NCBI GenBank assembly: GCA_002070185.1 | Contig: MWCT01000002.1 | Span: forward strand, 256,492 to 320,491 | Direction: 5' to 3' | Length of the DNA: 64,000 bases | DNA from: a candidate division BRC1 bacterium ADurb.Bin183 | GTDB lineage: Bacteria > Sumerlaeota > Sumerlaeia > MWCT01 | Part shown: positions 60,714 through 64,000 of the stretch, piece by piece | How the letters are laid out: each line of letters starts with the position of its first letter | Numbering within the stretch: position 1 is the stretch's first letter | Program-made: the position numbers and the translations under genes | Notes under the pieces: model-generated | Told to the model about the DNA's origin: nothing | The model's database searches: none | What the model saw: the letters and a program-made list of their open reading frames with translations, nothing else

Positions 60714-61865
60714 TTAATCTACCACCTTTCGTAGGGCTAAACCGATGCCAACGGCTAAGGTTTCTTGTGCGGCGGTGACTTCGGAAAGGAGGGACTCTCT
60801 GACGGTGATGCGGCGCAATGGGTCAATAATTTCGACAGGGAGTCCGAGTTCTTTTGAGAAGAATGGCGCTATATTTTTCATGCGGGAGGAACCGCCGCCG
60901 AGGATGATTTTCTGAACGGTGCGACCAGATGCTTGATTTTCGAAGAATTGTATGGAACGGCTGATTTCGCTGAGAAGGTTTTGGAGGTTATTGCGTATAA
61001 CTTTTTGAGCGATGGCATCCTGAGCATCATATCCGAGTTCCTCGCCGGTGATTTTTTCTACCGTGCCTCTGATGGATGCGATTAATCCGCCGGAAGATTC
61101 GCGCTCGGAGGAGGCGGCGGGCTGTTCCCATGGGGCGCCTTCTGAGATTTTGATGGCTTCCGCTTTAACAAAATCAATGTTCATTTTGCTTGAAATAGCA
61201 TTTGTAATAGCGTCGCCGGCAATGGAGATGTCGCGGGAGAAACGGGAGTTGCCGCTCATGTAGATGTTAATGTTTGTGACCTCCGCGCCGATATTGACCA
61301 GCGCGACGACTTCAGAGGAGCCCGGCGAATGATTAATCTCAAAACAGTTGAGGAAGGCAAACGAGTCCACATCAACGATGGACGGGGTCAGCCCAATCTG
61401 CCGGATGATGTCAAGGTGTTCCTCGATGAGGTCTTTTTTGGCGGAGACTAAAAGGACGTCCACCTTGCCGGTTTCGTTTTCTGTTTTGCCGAGGATAACG
61501 GAATCCAGATTGACCTCGTCAATGCGGAAAGGGATATATTCTTCCGCCTCCCAGCGCAGGGCGTTTTTAAGCTCATTCTCCGGCATTTCCGGCAGTTGAA
61601 TGTATCGCACGATGATGGATTCTCCGCTGACGGAAGAGACGGAAAATTTGGCGCTGATGCCCGCGCGTTCGATAGCTCGTTTGGCGGCATCAATTTTGAG
61701 TTGCTTCATATTCAAGCCAGCCGCTTTTTTATCGCGTCCGGCATATATCGGTTCCATGGCGAATTTTTCCAGCTCGATGCCCTTTCCGGCGCGTTTGAGC
61801 TGAACGACCTTCACTGCGCTGGATCCGATATCCAACCCGATGGTAGCCTTTTTGCCGAAGAACAT
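60714..61865 (-). CDS. pilM: Type IV pilus assembly ATPase-fold protein PilM
   Basis: 383 aa actin/FtsA-like fold. MFFGKKATIGLDIGSSAVKVVQL phosphate-1 motif; GGGS region near the C-terminus. Confidence 0.8.
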   Translation of the reverse strand: MFFGKKATIGLDIGSSAVKVVQLKRAGKGIELEKFAMEPIYAGRDKKAAGLNMKQLKIDAAKRAIERAGISAKFSVSSVSGESIIVRYIQLPEMPENELKNALRWEAEEYIPFRIDEVNLDSVILGKTENETGKVDVLLVSAKKDLIEEHLDIIRQIGLTPSIVDVDSFAFLNCFEINHSPGSSEVVALVNIGAEVTNINIYMSGNSRFSRDISIAGDAITNAISSKMNIDFVKAEAIKISEGAPWEQPAASSERESSGGLIASIRGTVEKITGEELGYDAQDAIAQKVIRNNLQNLLSEISRSIQFFENQASGRTVQKIILGGGSSRMKNIAPFFSKELGLPVEIIDPLRRITVRESLLSEVTAAQETLAVGIGLALRKVVD

Positions 61866-62040
61866 AGATTAACTCCCTTATTAATTTGGGAAAACCCTAT
61901 TCATACGATTCAAACCTTTTTAATCTAATTACGATTTGTTTTCATAATCTCCAATGATTCTTTTGGCAAGTAAAAAATGCGCCTGCCTTTTGAATTATTG
62001 TTTATATTATCACCCGCCTTTCGCTTTTTGTTCGCGATGC

Positions 62041-62721
62041 TCATGGCGTTATCAAATCCATTGGGGAATCGGCGATTCTCTCCGCGCCCATTTTTTTGAG
62101 TTCTTCGCGGCTGGCAGAGCCCCAAGAGACAGCGCACAAACGGCAGCCGGCGCCTTTTGCTGCCTGAATATCCGGCATGCTGTCGCCCACCATCCATGTT
62201 TCATGGGGCGCCGCGCCCATTTGATTCATAATATATATTATTCCATCGGGCGCGGGTTTGCGGGCGATGTTTGTGTTTTCGCCAATCACGTATTTGAAAT
62301 ATTGACGGATGTTTAAAGTTTCCAGAATACGCTCAACAATTTCTTGTAGTTTATTGGATAGGAGCGCGATGGCAATGCCTTTCTCGCGCAATCGGGCAAG
62401 AACTTCAGGGATGTTTGGATAAGCGCGGGAAAAATCAACCGGATGTTCAAGGTAATATTCCCGCCAGAGCCGGACGGCTTTTTCAATAATGAGGTCATCC
62501 GCCCAACCGGGTTTGCAGCCGTTGGCATGATTCAATGCCCAATCGAGCAGAACGCGTACGCCATTGCCCACATGCTGGGTGATGTCATAGACTTCGTGAT
62601 GAGGCAGCGCCCACTCATCAAGGGTGTGATTGACAGCTGCGGCAATGTCATCGAATGTGTTGACAAGGGTGCCATCCAGATCAAAGATGACCAGGCGGCA
62701 TGTTTCAAGGTCTATGCTCAT
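62041..62721 (-). CDS. HAD-IA family hydrolase (phosphoglycolate phosphatase-like)
   Basis: Start set at MSIDLETCRLVIFDLDGTLVNT (motif I DxDGT); motif II/III region LSNK ... GDSMPDIQAAKGAG. Confidence 0.75.
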   Translation of the reverse strand: MSIDLETCRLVIFDLDGTLVNTFDDIAAAVNHTLDEWALPHHEVYDITQHVGNGVRVLLDWALNHANGCKPGWADDLIIEKAVRLWREYYLEHPVDFSRAYPNIPEVLARLREKGIAIALLSNKLQEIVERILETLNIRQYFKYVIGENTNIARKPAPDGIIYIMNQMGAAPHETWMVGDSMPDIQAAKGAGCRLCAVSWGSASREELKKMGAERIADSPMDLITP

Positions 62722-62832
62722 AAGAGCCTTTCGCGCGATGCTGTAAATGCCCTTTGTGCAAAGAATCCTTTCGGCGAACATTCCCCCCTGTAAAACGAAA
62801 CAGAACGACGGGTATACAAACCTTTATGGCGG

Positions 62833-62918
62833 TGGTGCCGGAGGTGGGAGTTGAACCCACACAAGGTTGCCCTCGGAGGATTTTGAGTCCTCTGCGTCTG
62901 CCATTCCGCCACTCCGGC
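62833..62918 (-). tRNA. tRNA-Leu (anticodon CAA)
   Basis: 86-nt class II tRNA read from the reverse complement: GCCGGAG acceptor stem pairing with CUCCGGC, D-arm GCG/CGC, anticodon stem GAGGA/UCCUC with loop CUCAAAA (anticodon CAA), long variable arm, T-arm GUGGG-UUCAACU-CCCAC, encoded CCA. Confidence 0.85.
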
Positions 62919-63072
62919 AAAATCAAATCTATTCATCATATCAAAGACAGTTTTTTCCTTAATACAGGTTTGGGATGTGTGTCAAGACCAATCAAAAGAA
63001 AATGATATACGGCATTGAGGGCGGAGCCGTTGGCTTTCAGTGGCAAACAACCGGCGTGTTGGTTTGGGTTCA

Positions 63073-63615
63073 TTAGTTCGTAATTTTAATCGGCGCGGTC
63101 TCGTCAAAAACATATTGCTGGAATTTGGCGATGGGGCTTTTGTGAATGGCGCACATGAGCAGGGCGCGTATGTGTTTGTGTGTGATGATGAGGATATTTT
63201 CGCCGGGATATCGTGCGGTTATTTCTTTTGTTGCGTCGAGGATGCGCCGCTGTGCTGATTCGATTGTTTCCGAACCGCCGGGGATCGGAATTTGCGATGG
63301 GTCTTTTAACCAAAGGGCGTATGAGCTGTGTAATAAATCTTCCAAGCGCCGCCCTTCCCATGCGCCGTGATGAAGTTCGCGGAGGTCGTCATGTATTTCG
63401 ACTGGGATATGGAGCTGGTTTGCATATATGCGGGCGGTCTGGATGGCGCGGCGCAAGGGGCTGCTGATGATGCGGTTCAGATTCAGCGGAGCCAATAGCG
63501 GAATATTTGCGAGCGCCTCGGCGCGTCCTTCTTTGCAGAGGGGCGGGTTCATAGAGCCTTGAAGTTTATTTTCAAGACTCCAAGCGGTTTTGCAATGTCG
63601 AGCGATGAAGAGCAT
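63073..63615 (-). CDS. Histidine phosphatase family protein (phosphoglycerate mutase-like)
   Basis: MLFIARHCKTAW (RHG-type motif, with Cys at the Gly position), SSPLRRAIQTA, ELHHGAWEG. Confidence 0.7.
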   Translation of the reverse strand: MLFIARHCKTAWSLENKLQGSMNPPLCKEGRAEALANIPLLAPLNLNRIISSPLRRAIQTARIYANQLHIPVEIHDDLRELHHGAWEGRRLEDLLHSSYALWLKDPSQIPIPGGSETIESAQRRILDATKEITARYPGENILIITHKHIRALLMCAIHKSPIAKFQQYVFDETAPIKITN

Positions 63616-63954
63616 TTGATTAACTTAAATTTTTGCCGGGTTGTCCGTTAGAAAGATTCCCACTCCTTTTTTTCAACGGTGCAAAGAGATCTGGGGCGTT
63701 TTTCATCTGCGCTGGCGACGGCAATGGGTAAAAGGGCGGCGATTGCCGGCATCGAATAAGCAGATTTTTTTTCCATAGATTTGCGCCGTGTAATTTTTAT
63801 GGAATATGGAGGCGGTTTATCTTTTTTTTCTGTGCGGAAAATCAAGAGAATAATATTGACTTCAATATGATGGTTTTATCACGTTACAAGATTTGAATGC
63901 GATTTATGAAGAGAGGGATATTTTAGGATTTTTATTTTTATATAGGATGGCATA

Positions 63955-64000
63955 ATGGCAAAAACAAATAGCGGCGATGTGATTTATCCCGCGCAATTTG
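63955..64000 (+). CDS. 5' end of an unidentified ORF running off the window edge
   Basis: ATG at 63955 (MAKTNSGDVIYPAQF...) preceded by an AT-rich region. Too short to call. Confidence 0.2.
   Translation, partial: MAKTNSGDVIYPAQF

Noticed and set aside
62782-63072. tRNA-Leu locus as a possible integration site for a genomic island
   Set aside because: The flanking genes are an HAD hydrolase and a histidine phosphatase. No integrase, no phage genes and no obvious direct repeat of the tRNA 3' end were seen nearby.
63648-63845. 65-aa minus-strand ORF in the terminal intergenic region
   Set aside because: It has no SD, Lys/Pro-rich odd composition and lies in an AT-rich promoter-like region. 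It is probably spurious.

Overview
This window is a gene-dense chromosomal segment of roughly 55% GC. A prepilin-type DUF1559-like protein and delta-60-like repeats suggest a PVC-superphylum-like bacterium, but that is inference. Coding density is high on both strands. One tRNA-Leu(CAA) is present; no rRNA, CRISPR array or obvious IS element was found. Housekeeping blocks include a truncated xanthine-dehydrogenase-family molybdoenzyme subunit, gcvT-gcvH-gcvPA (no gcvPB), a GlcD-like FAD oxidase, tgt, rnhB, trpF-trpB-trpA and ettA. Several things stand out. A nine-gene plus-strand operon (18.5-27.2 kb) holds peptidases and murein hydrolases around a radical SAM enzyme with an unusual N-terminal Cys-rich, SPASM-like segment. 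A tight minus-strand operon runs tgt, two membrane-anchored unknowns, an SPL-family radical SAM protein and an MTA/SAH-nucleosidase-like protein. An orphan phage terminase large-subunit-like gene has an overlapping small acidic ORF. A glycan-utilisation cluster holds GH20, a discoidin-domain glycosidase-like protein and an SSF transporter. A Bcp-like redoxin lacks both catalytic cysteines. A pilMNOPQ type IV pilus assembly operon reads straight into a 1553-aa secreted FG-GAP/subtilase (S8) fusion protein that ends in a clean rho-independent terminator. All functional calls rest on motifs I recognised in the translations; I ran no database search.
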